63,832 bases of DNA, from positions 15,066,169 to 15,130,000 of the forward strand of contig CM106586.1 in assembly GCA_048013815.1 (NCBI GenBank). Reading direction: 5' to 3'. A model generated the notes under the pieces. The model worked only from the letters and a program-made list of their open reading frames with translations, had not been told where the DNA came from and did no database searches. A program made the translations under genes and the position numbers. Below are positions 39,001-46,664 of this stretch, in pieces (position 1 is the first letter of the stretch; the number at the start of each line of letters is the position of its first letter). This DNA is from Setoptus koraiensis (taxonomy: Eukaryota > Animalia > Arthropoda).

Positions 39001-42000
39001 CGAGAGAGCATAATAATGGCGAGCAAAGTCGCTCGAGATTGCAAGCAAATATATCCCTTTTGGTCGCATCGAATGTGGCGCGTCATCAGACATGTTACAT
39101 GCAGCAGATGTTGGCTAGATGCCAGTCATTTGGATTTTGTTGGCCAGGCATTTACTGCTGCCGTCGCCACTAGTCACTAGTGATAGCGGTAATAGTAAAT
39201 AGTTAGGGAGAAATTCTTTTGTTGTTGTTGATAATGGTCACTATCTCGACTTTGAGCGTCCGGCCGGAACTGGCAGCAGCGACATTGTCACACGCTGCCA
39301 GCGAGCGCCGGAGTCACTCAAGAAATTGGCCGAAATGCTTCTTTTGGCTATTTCGTCTTGCCACTGACACTGGATTTGTACTGGCAGTGGGGCACTAAAT
39401 TCCAGACTAGATTTCGCTAGCTGGATAATGTGTGTAATATGCGTTGGTGCTCGTTGGATTTGTTAGATGCGGTCTTGAGAGCAAAACTGGCAACTTTGCG
39501 CAAATTTTGTGAAATTGGTTCCGGCTTTCCATCAATACATTTTGCCAGTTCGCTAGACCATAATGATCGTCATCGTGTAATGTCCAGCCGGCGGCAGTTG
39601 CTGCAGCAGCTCGGAAACGACAACATTAACCGTTCGCAAGTTCAATTGGACACTGGTTATGTTGTTTGGCGCCGCCAACACTGACATATCAAGTCAGAGA
39701 GAATGTCGGGCCCACTTGTCGTGCGGGCCGGGCCGAGCCGGGCCAGCTAGAGAAACTTTGGAAACAATTGCCTGAAAGAATTGTCCGGCGCCGGGTTATG
39801 GGCGCCGGGCCGGCACAACAACCGGCTCGGTTGGCACCGATTTGCCCGCTGCTTTAATATCTATATCAGATATCAGACGATCCGGCTGTGGGGGTATCAT
39901 CATATCGCTGATTCAATGGACAGAAAGCCACAGTAAGCAGTAAGTAATTTATTGCTATCATATATTCATGGCTATGATTGGATGCTCCGATGGGAGCTCC
40001 CATGCCCGGCCAGTACATGCATAAGCCAGACATGCGGCCCGCCGGCCGGCCGGCCCGCAAGCCAGCGTTAGGCAAATCACATCAGCAAATTGTTTTCTCT
40101 GCCTGCCTGCCTGCCGATTCTAATCCCCGATGTGGTGTTTGTACTTGAACTTGTGCCCGCTCACACGCTCACTCGATCTGTGTTTATCTAATCTAATCTT
40201 GAGTTCGAGGGAGGGGCCCCGTCATGCGTACTCGCTCCCTTTACGCAATGGACGGGCGACATTTGCACAACGACGACGACGACTGGCGGATATTTGACCA
40301 TTGTCGACACCGTAGAAACTGTCTGGCGCTTGCTGTATGACGCAACAGCAGCGCCAGACTATTACTGTATCGCTGTAAACAGTTGCTGTGATAATCTATC
40401 ATGACGCTATATGACGATGATAAAATATAGCGAACAGCAGTCAATATGGTTGTTTTGCTTTCGCGACAGGTGTATACCTCGCACGTAATGGTGCGTAATA
40501 GCGCGTGAACATTTGTGAAAACATAAAGTGACTAGTGGTGCGCCGTGTTTGCGCCGCCAGAGATCTTATCTTTTTCGGCATGACAACTGCAACACTAATG
40601 CACTTGTCCTGTGATAATCTGATGATGCGACGGCCATTTATCCATTTGTGAGTTGTTTATTGTTTATATATCTGTATGTATGTATGTATGTATGTTTGTT
40701 TTATCCGAGCTCTCAACATACAAACAAGCGTTTTGTATATCGAGTGTGCGAGCTGCAGATAACGGTGTCGTGTCTGATCTATCCAACTGGGGACCCGTCA
40801 CACTCTGGAGACACGCTGATCTGAGCGGATGTAATATCCGACATGCGCCATAAGGCTTCAGGCAATGAAAATATTACTCCCACTCAGCATACACACACAC
40901 ACACACACATTGTATTTGTTGCTCTTATTTTGTCACCAAGACACGCCTTGTGGCAACTCCGTTCCACTTGGCCCCTCAAATTTTTACACAAAACCTCCAC
41001 TGGCCAGCGTGAGATCGGCCTCTGATGTTGCGCCCAAGTCAAACACTGTCTCGTCTGTTTTGGCTAGCTGCGGATCGGTGCATGCAATGCCTCGTCACCG
41101 TTGCACCGCTCTTTCGCTGGCCAAACTCGAAATACATGTCGAGGATGAGGATGCGCTTGCCAGAGATGATTATTATATAATTTGATATGATTTCCCCCAA
41201 CGCTTCGGCACATCCTGTTGTACTTATCTCAACCATCACAATGAGTCGATAGTGAGACATCCCAGAATCGTTGCAAACTTGTCTCGAATAGAGATTGCTT
41301 CCAAGTTTTCCGAACCTCGCCGGCTTGTTCGAATGCGCACCAAGTTGACGCCGAAATTGCCCGAAATTGTTTTCAAATCTCTCCAGTGCGCCCGGAAATC
41401 GTTCGAAATCATCTACAGTCGTGCCGAAATTCCCCGAAATCGTCCCAAGTCGCACGAAATTGTCTGAAATGTGCCCGAAACGGTTGAAAATTAGCGAAAA
41501 TGCACTTGTCGCCATTATTGTGCATGCTCGCCTTTCATCGAGTATGCCATGCCTCGAAATTCGAGGCTCGAATCGAGAAAATATTCAATTGCTCTCATAC
41601 GTGTACTTGCGCAATTCCATTCAATGGGTATGCCGTTCAATCGGTAATGTGACCCAACAGTGCGAACAGGCCGGACAGGTGACAAGTTTTTTTTTGTGAA
41701 ATCCATAGATTGATCACGAAAAGCACTTTTTTTCCAAATGATCATTCAGTCAGTGAGCCTTGTGTAGCAATCTGTGGCGCGCTGCATCAGCAGCAAAGCT
41801 GTACAAATCGACAACAATTTCGGATCGAAAAGCGAATTTCACTAACAAGCTTGTTATGTAATAAAAATAGATGCAATTGCATAACTTTGCATACATTAAC
41901 TGATTATTGTTGCTGTTGCAATTTGATGATTTATCGTCTTTAGTTAGTTTTGTGGTGATACTGGTGTGTGAGTATAGTGCAAGTGAGCCAGTTAGTCATT

Positions 42001-44768
42001 GGTGATGTAACGGTGTCACTTGTCTAAAGATATCTATTTTGATTTTATCGATTGAACGCGCCCCAATAGAAAGCGTGCAGCAGAGACAGCGGCATTCTGT
42101 CGAGACCCTCATACACTTGAAAACGGTTGTGATACTGGCTTGCTTTTAATTTAGTCACAAACGAAAGTGAGTTTATTTATATCATAAGCTGCCGTATAGA
42201 TTACGTAATTCGAAATCTCAGCTCAGATAATTTGCATAATGTCTCATCGACTGTATGTGTGTGTCTATCTCATACAACTATTTAACTTTCATTCCCCTCA
42301 CCCCACCCCCGTCCGATTGGGAGCGGGCAAGTTAGCTTGTCCGTACATTCGTTGTATTTGTATGGCTGGACACGTCCATTCAATTTCGTCGATTGATGAC
42401 GCAAACAAACTAAGCGATAGTTACGCAATTTCGGCTAGAAAGTAGCCAAACGTTCGGATAGCACTCTCAATATACGCCGAACGTCGGTTATACGTGTGTC
42501 CACAATTACAAAGTGGAGCGCATATATATCACACAGCTTGTAATAGTAGCGCGTGTAACACATATTACATAACACTATATATGAGTGATTTTGCTAATTT
42601 TTGTGTTGTTGGCTCAATCTTTTTCTTCTCGTCAGCCCCTAGAGCAAGTTGTATGTTTGCTGGCTGTTAACCTGGCTACACTAAGCCCACCTAATTTATA
42701 CTGGTATTTCCACCGCTAGGGTGGCTGTGTGTTGTATCAGAAAGAGAGAGAGAGAGAGAGCACCCATGAATGCGAAAATAATGTTTTCCGTCGCCAAGTC
42801 GCTCCATCGGGCGCCCATTACTGCTTGCCATGGGCCCAGCTTGGCAGCTAGATTAGCTCACTAAATTTGCATCACACACACAAATGAATAACAACGGCAA
42901 TTACGAGATCCTAGGATGACTCGATCGGATTTAATGAGATGTGTGCGCTGCGCTACTTTGCTAATTATATAACCAACAGTGGTGGCTGTCTGGCCATGTC
43001 AGACACTTCCAGACATTGGAGCCATTTGGAAATGTCGTCTCTCATTATCATTTAATGCACACACACACACTGGTCGAGCACGCGTTCACTTGGCCCCACA
43101 AATGATACCGGCGCTTATCAATAGACCGGCGCATGTGTCACGTGTTAAACGATCTTGGCAAAAGTAGCTAGGTGACGTCGAAAAGAGGAAGAGGGCAAAA
43201 ACAAATGAACTAACCGCATCTCCGGCGGCAGCCATTCTGGCCGGCTCAGTTGGCCCCAAGTGTCAGGTGTCATGACATTTGATTGTTTTTCGTGTAAACT
43301 CTTGTGTGTGTGTGTGTGTGTTTGTTTTCTTCGTGACATGGCGCAAATTGTCATCGCCAGAAATGGCCTCAGATGACCTGAGTGTTTGAAAACAATACAG
43401 TATACAAACAAATCTCCTCTTTGCTCATTCACCCTGTCACAGCTCATTTATCCGGCAGCCATAGCTCATCATCGGTTCGTGTGACGCTACTAATGCATCT
43501 TATTATCTCATCTGTTATTTGATCTGCCCCCTCGCCCTCGCATGGCCTGCGCATTATCCGTGGACGCTGACCAACACGCGGACGAAATCACAACAAACTC
43601 GACAACAGCTCAATCTCGTATTCCTCATCAATATCGTTCGAGTGCTGGTAACCAAATTGAGGGCCGTCAATTCGCCCGACACGCACCAAACCAGGTTAGT
43701 AGATATGTCATGATATGTGGCATGACATATATACATATATATATATCAATATTATTATATCATGCCATGGGCCAGTCATCAATCTGGCCAATCGACAAAT
43801 CTCGGCGCCTCTGCAACTGGCACAACGTCCGGCTGTCGTTAGCCATAAATCCATTATAATGGCTACCAATTACGATTCTGACTGATTGCGCTATCTCTCC
43901 CTGTTTACCTGTTCAATTTTCTCTGGTTGTGTGTGATGTCCATTTGTTTGTTGTGCGATTCCCTGTTTGTTTGTCTCGTTGACATCCACGACATGATTGG
44001 TTGGATATGTCCGAAACGATGATTGGTTGGATGTGTCCGAAACGATGATTGGTTGGATATGTCCAAAACGATGATTGTTGTTGGTGCTACAGAAAAGCTG
44101 TCAGGGCCACTCTAATTTTGATACCGTTATTGGGGCTCCACTACATGCTAACGCCATTTAGGCCCGAACCAAAAAGTCACTGGGAGGTTATTTATGAGAG
44201 CATGGCGGCCATCTGTACGTCGTTCCAAGTAAGTAGACGAGCACACTCACTTATATTATAATCTATTACCTGTCGCAAACGTGGTGCATTACGCGTATTA
44301 CATAACAACATGGCCAACAGATATGCTAATGTATTCCAATTATGATTGTATTCCGATATTCATTATTCCAATATTCATTATTCATATTTCTGTGCGACTG
44401 TGATTGGGTGTCATTAGGGCCTTTGTGTGGCAATGTTATTTTGTTTCTGTAACGGGGAAGTGATTCAGGTGATACGCAAAAAATGGCTTCAGACCTCATT
44501 TGATCCATTCATCAATCAGCACAGTTGCCGTTTTACCAGTCTAAATGCCGTGGTCACTACCACTACGTGTAATGCAAATAATACTAATAATAATAATGAT
44601 AACAATAATACTAATAATATCACTAATAACAGTGGTACTGGTGGCAACAACAACCACAACAACGGCAACAGATTTGATATTATTGCAACCAATAATGGCA
44701 AAATGAAACATGATTCCAAGGATAGTTCGGCCACTACAAGCTTCTCGGCGTGTTCAGTTCCATCTTGA
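3414..44768 (+). CDS. Dh31-R: Class B1 (secretin-family) GPCR, calcitonin/DH31-receptor type; 10 coding exons, ~954 aa
   Basis: join(3414..4343,4892..5525,10554..10670,11308..11506,18308..18434,19276..19496,20815..20878,43609..43694,44093..44228,44418..44768) = 2865 nt. All introns are GT-AG and the phases match (0,1,1,2,0,2,0,2,0). Family motifs: [88 protein letters not shown]. The start codon and the exact orthologue (DH31-R versus a hector/CT-type paralogue) are less certain than the family call. Confidence 0.9.
4892..5525 (+). CDS. GPCR exon 2: first ectodomain Cys (EWTWC) followed by a long His/Asn-rich insert
   Basis: CAG acceptor at 4889-4891. Reads VDPIIIEQLKGELSRLEINPYDDQNQLKEWTWCISQI...RIVGA. 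GTAAGT donor at 5526, phase 1. Confidence 0.8.
10554..10670 (+). CDS. GPCR exon 3: hormone-binding domain
   Basis: (E)[38 protein letters not shown](R). CAG acceptor at 10551-10553; GTAAGT donor at 10671. Confidence 0.96.
11308..11506 (+). CDS. GPCR exon 4: end of ectodomain and TM1
   Basis: [30 protein letters not shown]...LYVIGNSISVLALSISLVIFFSF. CAG acceptor; GTGAGT donor at 11507. Confidence 0.97.
14516..14570. repeat. Perfect 11-bp tandem repeat (cccgacgttgg)x5
   Basis: Seen directly. Confidence 0.95.
18226..18307. repeat. 36-bp tandem repeat abutting the exon 5 acceptor
   Basis: caatgcgcgcgatacgggcgctgtgcaaaatacgg(a/g) x2 plus degenerate upstream copies and a terminal partial unit gggcactgtgcag. 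Confidence 0.9.
18308..18434 (+). CDS. GPCR exon 5: TM2
   Basis: SLYCTRVTIHKNLFISFITNNLMWIVWYTYVVRTPELLVANP. CAG acceptor; GTAAGT donor at 18435. Confidence 0.97.
18715..18965. repeat. ctcgg/ctcga-based repeat field including (ctcggaacg)x5 at 18735-18779
   Basis: Seen directly. It explains the spurious 242-aa ORF 18525-19253. Confidence 0.9.
19276..19496 (+). CDS. GPCR exon 6: TM3-TM4
   Basis: [54 protein letters not shown]... CAG acceptor; GTAAGT donor at 19497. Confidence 0.98.
19567..19689 (+). ncRNA. Pre-miRNA-like hairpin in GPCR intron 6
   Basis: 19596-19619 pairs with 19637-19660 (24 bp, two U-G wobbles on the plus strand, 17-nt loop). Basal perfect 13-bp stem 19567-19579/19677-19689. 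Confidence 0.35.
20815..20878 (+). CDS. GPCR exon 7: ECL2 and first half of TM5 (64 nt)
   Basis: (Y)CWMEESPYNLILMAPIGISLL. CAG acceptor at 20812-20814; GTGAGT donor at 20879. Not visible as such in the ORF track. Confidence 0.94.
20956..21009. repeat. 18-bp tandem repeat (gaggcgctgacacgagcc)x3
   Basis: Seen directly, about 80 nt after the exon 7 donor. Confidence 0.95.
25351..25505. repeat. Mixed 19/15-bp minisatellite (ccgctcgcccgtcgatagt / ccgctcgcccatgtt)
   Basis: Nine related units seen directly. It explains the spurious ORFs 24979-25884 and 25067-25606. Confidence 0.95.
27472..28989 (-). CDS. Nested secreted protein A: signal peptide plus two tandem HWP/WPY core domains (505 aa)
   Basis: Intronless ORF from ATG 28989. 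Signal-like MEFRSVLSAGVLAIVLALSCNFCLVQA. Domain 1 contains KWPTQVMAALQVFTG...MCGAL...VYPASIIC...QWPY. Domain 2 contains HWPRQMMKVLQVASG...LCAPF...LYTAAMIC...SWPY. Acidic insert in domain 1. Confidence 0.93.
   Translation of the reverse strand: MEFRSVLSAGVLAIVLALSCNFCLVQAQRQFLEQLENINDEIVRWNKDESFRLMHASGEGNEAILQSLFSKWPTQVMAALQVFTGSSYDDKIDLTKVARMISGLRANNLSTQQEFLANIGKYLSGEFDYMPDYSEDPDEDSDYGSDYDYDDSDSSSDSDSEERPPSDPTKYKAAAWNKFITQMQDRMCGALLPQGNGYLKFHEWFKKLRVLKDEENVDDKKFIELVLDTDQPIAAVYPASIICQIFDSMVGASDWDTDHLQLELPMITNESDIAQWPYPEIAPKKQQRFFDRIQQINLEAEKWYKNEFTLVCRVKTCFGTESDAHQQSRRFHWPRQMMKVLQVASGKYSSSPVNLRMAARMASGLKEDDFSTRQQLLENFGYYLVNKQSLDTQKTEMKGEFFAKQKQSLCAPFLSGSKGYYDFSAAINDLLVLKKLLGVSDQQFIDSVLSTYQPIAPLYTAAMICKVIEDVEDVLSEGGKYTLELPVRQQNEISSWPYPTDLLKY
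29551..29703. repeat. Direct repeat copy 1 (~150 bp) of the non-coding region upstream of gene B
   Basis: tgttatctggatttttcag...gcagcaaca matches 30687-30874 except for scattered substitutions and a 35-bp gap. Confidence 0.9.
29885..30619 (-). CDS. Nested secreted protein B: signal peptide plus one core domain (244 aa)
   Basis: MMKWINVVSIGVITTVVLAMSCSSGVQG|Q; DKWF, HWPRQMMRVLQIAT, LCTPY, LYSSALLC, AWPY. Confidence 0.93.
   Translation of the reverse strand: MMKWINVVSIGVITTVVLAMSCSSGVQGQANFLDKVAEINKQVDKWFKQEINIARSVKAAIGMTSGAHRQSVANHWPRQMMRVLQIATRRHPRNSVDMGQVLRITGGIKHEDKAIQEEFLSNFGAFLSTKFTFTNNEMDLSIFFQQVRDLCTPYRSNSKGYFNFLGAIKDLLELKKNENVDDKRFIELVVTTQEPIGALYSSALLCQVVDNITGYIDESNGQFALKLPSSNEDVIGAWPYPLVK
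30687..30874. repeat. Direct repeat copy 2 (~190 bp): putative promoter of gene B, includes a TATATATA element
   Basis: Same sequence as 29551-29703 plus the extra segment atgtcgagtagtatatatattcaaacagtgcacaa, about 150 bp upstream of ATG 30619 on the minus strand. Confidence 0.85.
31590..32471 (-). CDS. Nested secreted protein C: signal peptide plus one core domain with an internal insert (293 aa)
   Basis: Start placed at ATG 32471 (MKAINVINLATAAIMVGMSCC) by similarity to the A and B leaders; an upstream in-frame ATG exists at 32522. EQWY, HWPGQMMMVLQIATG, LCLPF, LYSAAMIC, DWPY. Confidence 0.92.
   Translation of the reverse strand: MKAINVINLATAAIMVGMSCCFMEVSLGHEFAAQVQLINQEVEQWYSQTKFFPRMAWGASSESCVQSKRSHWPGQMMMVLQIATGVSQKSAVDMRKVVRTTAGLKHNDPVIQHEFMINFGNFLANRFKGVLKVNNLSEKEKFMVQFKHFVTTMTKMKNVKLDFGMLMEYAQEELCLPFRLESEKYFNFRGAIYDLIQLKRTENINDKLFIDRVVLSDQQIAPLYSAAMICQVIDAIEGEKSETSKRLNLEFPLSASNAISDWPYVDDTENSVPALDYFLSHASTSSNNEPEAV
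32946..33656 (-). CDS. Nested secreted protein D: signal peptide plus one core domain (236 aa)
   Basis: ATG 33656, MKQKIYGTTKLLTALIVSVSLAQLFAC; EKWYQGE, HWPRQMMKILQVATG, LCKPF, LYSAALLC, YWPY. Confidence 0.93.
   Translation of the reverse strand: MKQKIYGTTKLLTALIVSVSLAQLFACTPNGKDDLRSQVDTINQEVEKWYQGEFDLLRKIKRAMGFVSGAQRQSEQQHWPRQMMKILQVATGAPTSGPINMDEVYRIVSGLQLNHHEEEIEFHANLVKYFEKKLSRRDQLADMMDSYRLHETLCKPFRRQGDGEFNFTAAIKDLLRIKRENLIDHQSFIAIVVDTKATISPLYSAALLCRRLDEQKGIHIPGDHEKIAKYWPYVIQ
33768..33840 (-). promoter_or_regulatory. Candidate core promoter of gene D: DRE-like TATCGATA and TATAAATA
   Basis: TATCGATA at 33768-33775 and minus-strand TATAAATA at about 33830-33837, 110-180 bp upstream of ATG 33656. 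Motif match only. Confidence 0.35.
34320..35693 (-). CDS. Nested secreted protein E: signal peptide, six-Cys N-domain and core domain (457 aa)
   Basis: ATG 35693, MLKRVTILIQINLSLALLSASS. N-domain MGHLAK...DDDDWRVSSP...DSCLGYLYEE; core EKWFQSE, HWPKRMIKILQV, LCKPF, LYTSAFLC, DWPY. Confidence 0.93.
   Translation of the reverse strand: MLKRVTILIQINLSLALLSASSRLYAGRQSMGHLAKININHIVSGEPYRDFYQTYFRSFLEPTITRQLSQDREPLDDDDWRVSSPIGDVCMKYLKTTFIPNNYKLQKLEDFVLLDSCLGYLYEEPNYSVSDQGGDKIKLETINKLKDNRLLREMYDGTKLGDISTGEAQQCLNQLLADGMVLRKRNPNELCDDNWIELYLRFGNCYKTLSDSQSDTYVQLLTDLVSPLAGNCFKSKTKEIYSKMEKWFQSESNRALAKVKKCIYSSQVNKQSERFHWPKRMIKILQVIEGKPSTEPIDMVEIQNISSGLKRHDRDAISLLFRNLEKYTTDKIDIFDAPADEESKREYAKLIKKLCKPFSMEAQESSSGSGKFNFGQSFEQMLEMNKLKTFLGFDTQRTLLMDESTADMMIPLYTSAFLCRYIKHLTIRRSGEKERNFRLGVVQNIDEVMRDWPYTLA
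36830..38260 (-). CDS. Nested secreted protein F: signal peptide, six-Cys N-domain and core domain (476 aa)
   Basis: MNLQSVLACSILLLVSLTATSECGG. N-domain MGHLAR...HDDDWRVYSP...DACLGYLYDE; core EKWYQGE, HWPKKLVRVLQAAT, LCRPF, LYAANFMC, LWPV. Confidence 0.93.
   Translation of the reverse strand: MNLQSVLACSILLLVSLTATSECGGLGGFYEPRQKMGHLARTKTLTELYRAYFRLFIEPTMTTKQLGQSAPLHDDDWRVYSPLNHQCINFLKAFILLGYKLRNIEDFILMDACLGYLYDEHEYRWLDNENDEQGKLTINALIRDENLKKIYSGTQLEYITDTDSLACLKSLLKNVMSLRLDDSTTNCNKQWLEQYNNYADCRAVLKPSPAKKDSYIDMVSQVVKELAVHCFYNQVEILKNEMEKWYQGERVDRLAKGVKATFGMASEADKQISKHHWPKKLVRVLQAATDKPETSAIDLQYVRTLADGLKHHIQPLEKKFEHNLANYANGKITIRTDAYDDPDGTKRYRDLIAKLCRPFRSPSSIPVAAGMMSNGTEIQTQPKTYDFNGVIYQLVSMLFFDDFFGLDERTFMREIEAKNADSWALYAANFMCRYMGLTVGRVSNKKDPLTPMKTSYSVEIAHNADVVMQLWPVLSF
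43609..43694 (+). CDS. GPCR exon 8: second half of TM5 and ICL3
   Basis: LNLVFLINIVRVLVTKLRAVNSPDTHQT(R). CAG acceptor at 43606-43608; GTTAGT donor at 43695. Confidence 0.95.
43993..44084. repeat. 26-bp tandem repeat (atgattggttggatatgtccgaaacg)x3+ abutting the exon 9 acceptor
   Basis: Seen directly. Confidence 0.95.
44093..44228 (+). CDS. GPCR exon 9: TM6-ECL3-TM7 start
   Basis: [51 protein letters not shown] donor at 44229. Confidence 0.97.
44418..44768 (+). CDS. GPCR exon 10: TM7, helix 8 and Asn-rich C-tail
   Basis: TAG acceptor at 44415-44417. [23 protein letters not shown]...SVPS*. AATAAA at 44843. Confidence 0.95.
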   Translation, partial: [116 protein letters not shown]

Positions 44769-46550
44769 GCTTACATAATATACACTCCCAATTAGGCAAC
44801 TACAGTGGCAAGTTGCAATTGACCAGACACACTGGCAGACATAATAAATTGACCTCCAAGCAACAATAGCAAAAATGCAGACATTTCTGGACAATTCCGA
44901 GAATTGATTCATGAGCCAACCAAAATCATTATTGTATGTTGTGTGCCATAAACTCATATCATATCGCTGCTGGTGGCGGCCATATTAAGGATGTGTGATA
45001 ATCATAAAGATCATTAGCTAAATCAATATTCAATTTGTACTATCATCATTGCAACTTTTGTTATTGAGTTAAAATTTGCCGATATTACTAGGCCCCTTGT
45101 TGATACGTCCCTTCCCTCATTGTGGCCAGACAACGAGACTGGCCACAAATTGATAGATATATGTATGTCTAATAAAGAAAGAACAACTGATTTGTAAATA
45201 ATGTCTCCAAATAAAATTGGATATCGCCAATAGACTGCCCCTCAACGGCATGAGCACTGAAATAGTGCCATCACTTCCGCCAGAACCGACAGTCAAACGA
45301 ATTGTGGTTGAATGTACGCTGAATATAACTGAAAAATTGCACCGTCTAGTCTGTCCATTTCGGGGTCTCGTGGAGCGATAAACGTGCACATTCCACTATT
45401 AGCGGGCTCTCTAAACCAAAAGATCTTTATTGACAAAATGATATCGTTTCACTTCTAAGTGGAACATAAATTCCGTGCTCGTGATGTCTTGTTTGTGGCG
45501 AGAACTGCGAGAGGCTGGCCCCTTTATTTGTAACATTTTCCCCTTATGAATAACGGCCAGTCTATCACGGAGGAGCAATTAGGGGCACCGAGTGGTGAGT
45601 TTATTGATGTTTATTTTTTTAAATATGTCTTTTGTTGGTTGTTGTCTGTGCTCGCTCTGACTATTAAAGTGACTCGATTGAGGGTAGCACGCGGAGCGAT
45701 TGTTATCTCAAATTTATCAGCAATGTACACATTGTGTGTTATATATGTGATGCTATACTAATCTTTGATTGAAGAAACATGAACAATTATTGGTGCCATC
45801 TAACCAGAGAGACATTATGGGCACTAAATCATTGAGGCGCCAGAAATGCCATTATCGGCCATTGACACAGGCCGCGCGGGGAGCCAAGAAAGCGACGAGT
45901 TAGCGCGAAATGGCAGCGCAACCTCAAATTGCGTAATACTTGCTCCGTCAAGACTGTGGGCTCATACTGTTCGTTTTGGGTTTCCCAGTTTACAGTTCAT
46001 ACGGACAGTGCATGTTTTGAGGTTGTTGATTTGGTAGAAATCATTTCATTTACAAAACATTGAGCTTTGTTGAGCTACAACAAATCGCTTCGTAGATCCC
46101 AGGATGTGATCTAGTCGTGGAAAAGTTTCTGCCACGTGAATCATTCACCGTCTAGCGGGCATCTAGCAAGGTTTATGGGCTTACAAAGTGTATTCAAAAT
46201 CGATATCATATCATTAAGAATTGTTTGCTGGCCAATCAAGCAGGATCAATGACCTGGTGGCGCTTGTGTCCAAAAAGCGAAACCATTTCTTGTGATATAT
46301 GATGAAATGTGTATCAGCAAAATCAGCAGCACCAGCAAAAACAACAACAATACCAGCAACAACAACAACAACAACGACGACAACAACAACAACAGCAACC
46401 CTTGCTAGCCTTCTCGACTCAACATTCCAGGACGAGCGGTGGCCAATGAGATTTATTACATATTATTCGCTGGCGCTCACTAATGGCCTCTAGAATTGAG
46501 CAAAGTTTGTTCGTTTGTTTATGGGTGGGATACAAGTTGTGTCACTCAGT

Positions 46551-46664
46551 TTAATTGCGCGATACTTCGCGATAAAAAAGCAGGGCCAAACAAAAAATAA
46601 CTACTGCCATGATGATCTCCATCTCTTTGAGAAGTACAATTTTCTGGCCCATAAACTTCGCCAT
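46551..46664 (-). CDS. Candidate 37-aa single-TM micropeptide
   Basis: ataaacATGG context; MAKFMGQKIVLLKEMEIIMAVVIFCLALLFYREVSRN*. Possible upstream acceptor tcacttcag at 46708-46706 and donor GTGAGT at 46906. No homology recognised. Confidence 0.3.
   Translation of the reverse strand: MAKFMGQKIVLLKEMEIIMAVVIFCLALLFYREVSRN

Noticed and set aside
41270-41500. Degenerate cgaaat-rich run as a heat-shock-element array or coding exon
   Set aside because: The spacing does not fit nGAAnnTTCn repeats and the ORFs on both strands are uninformative. It is best treated as a decayed satellite.
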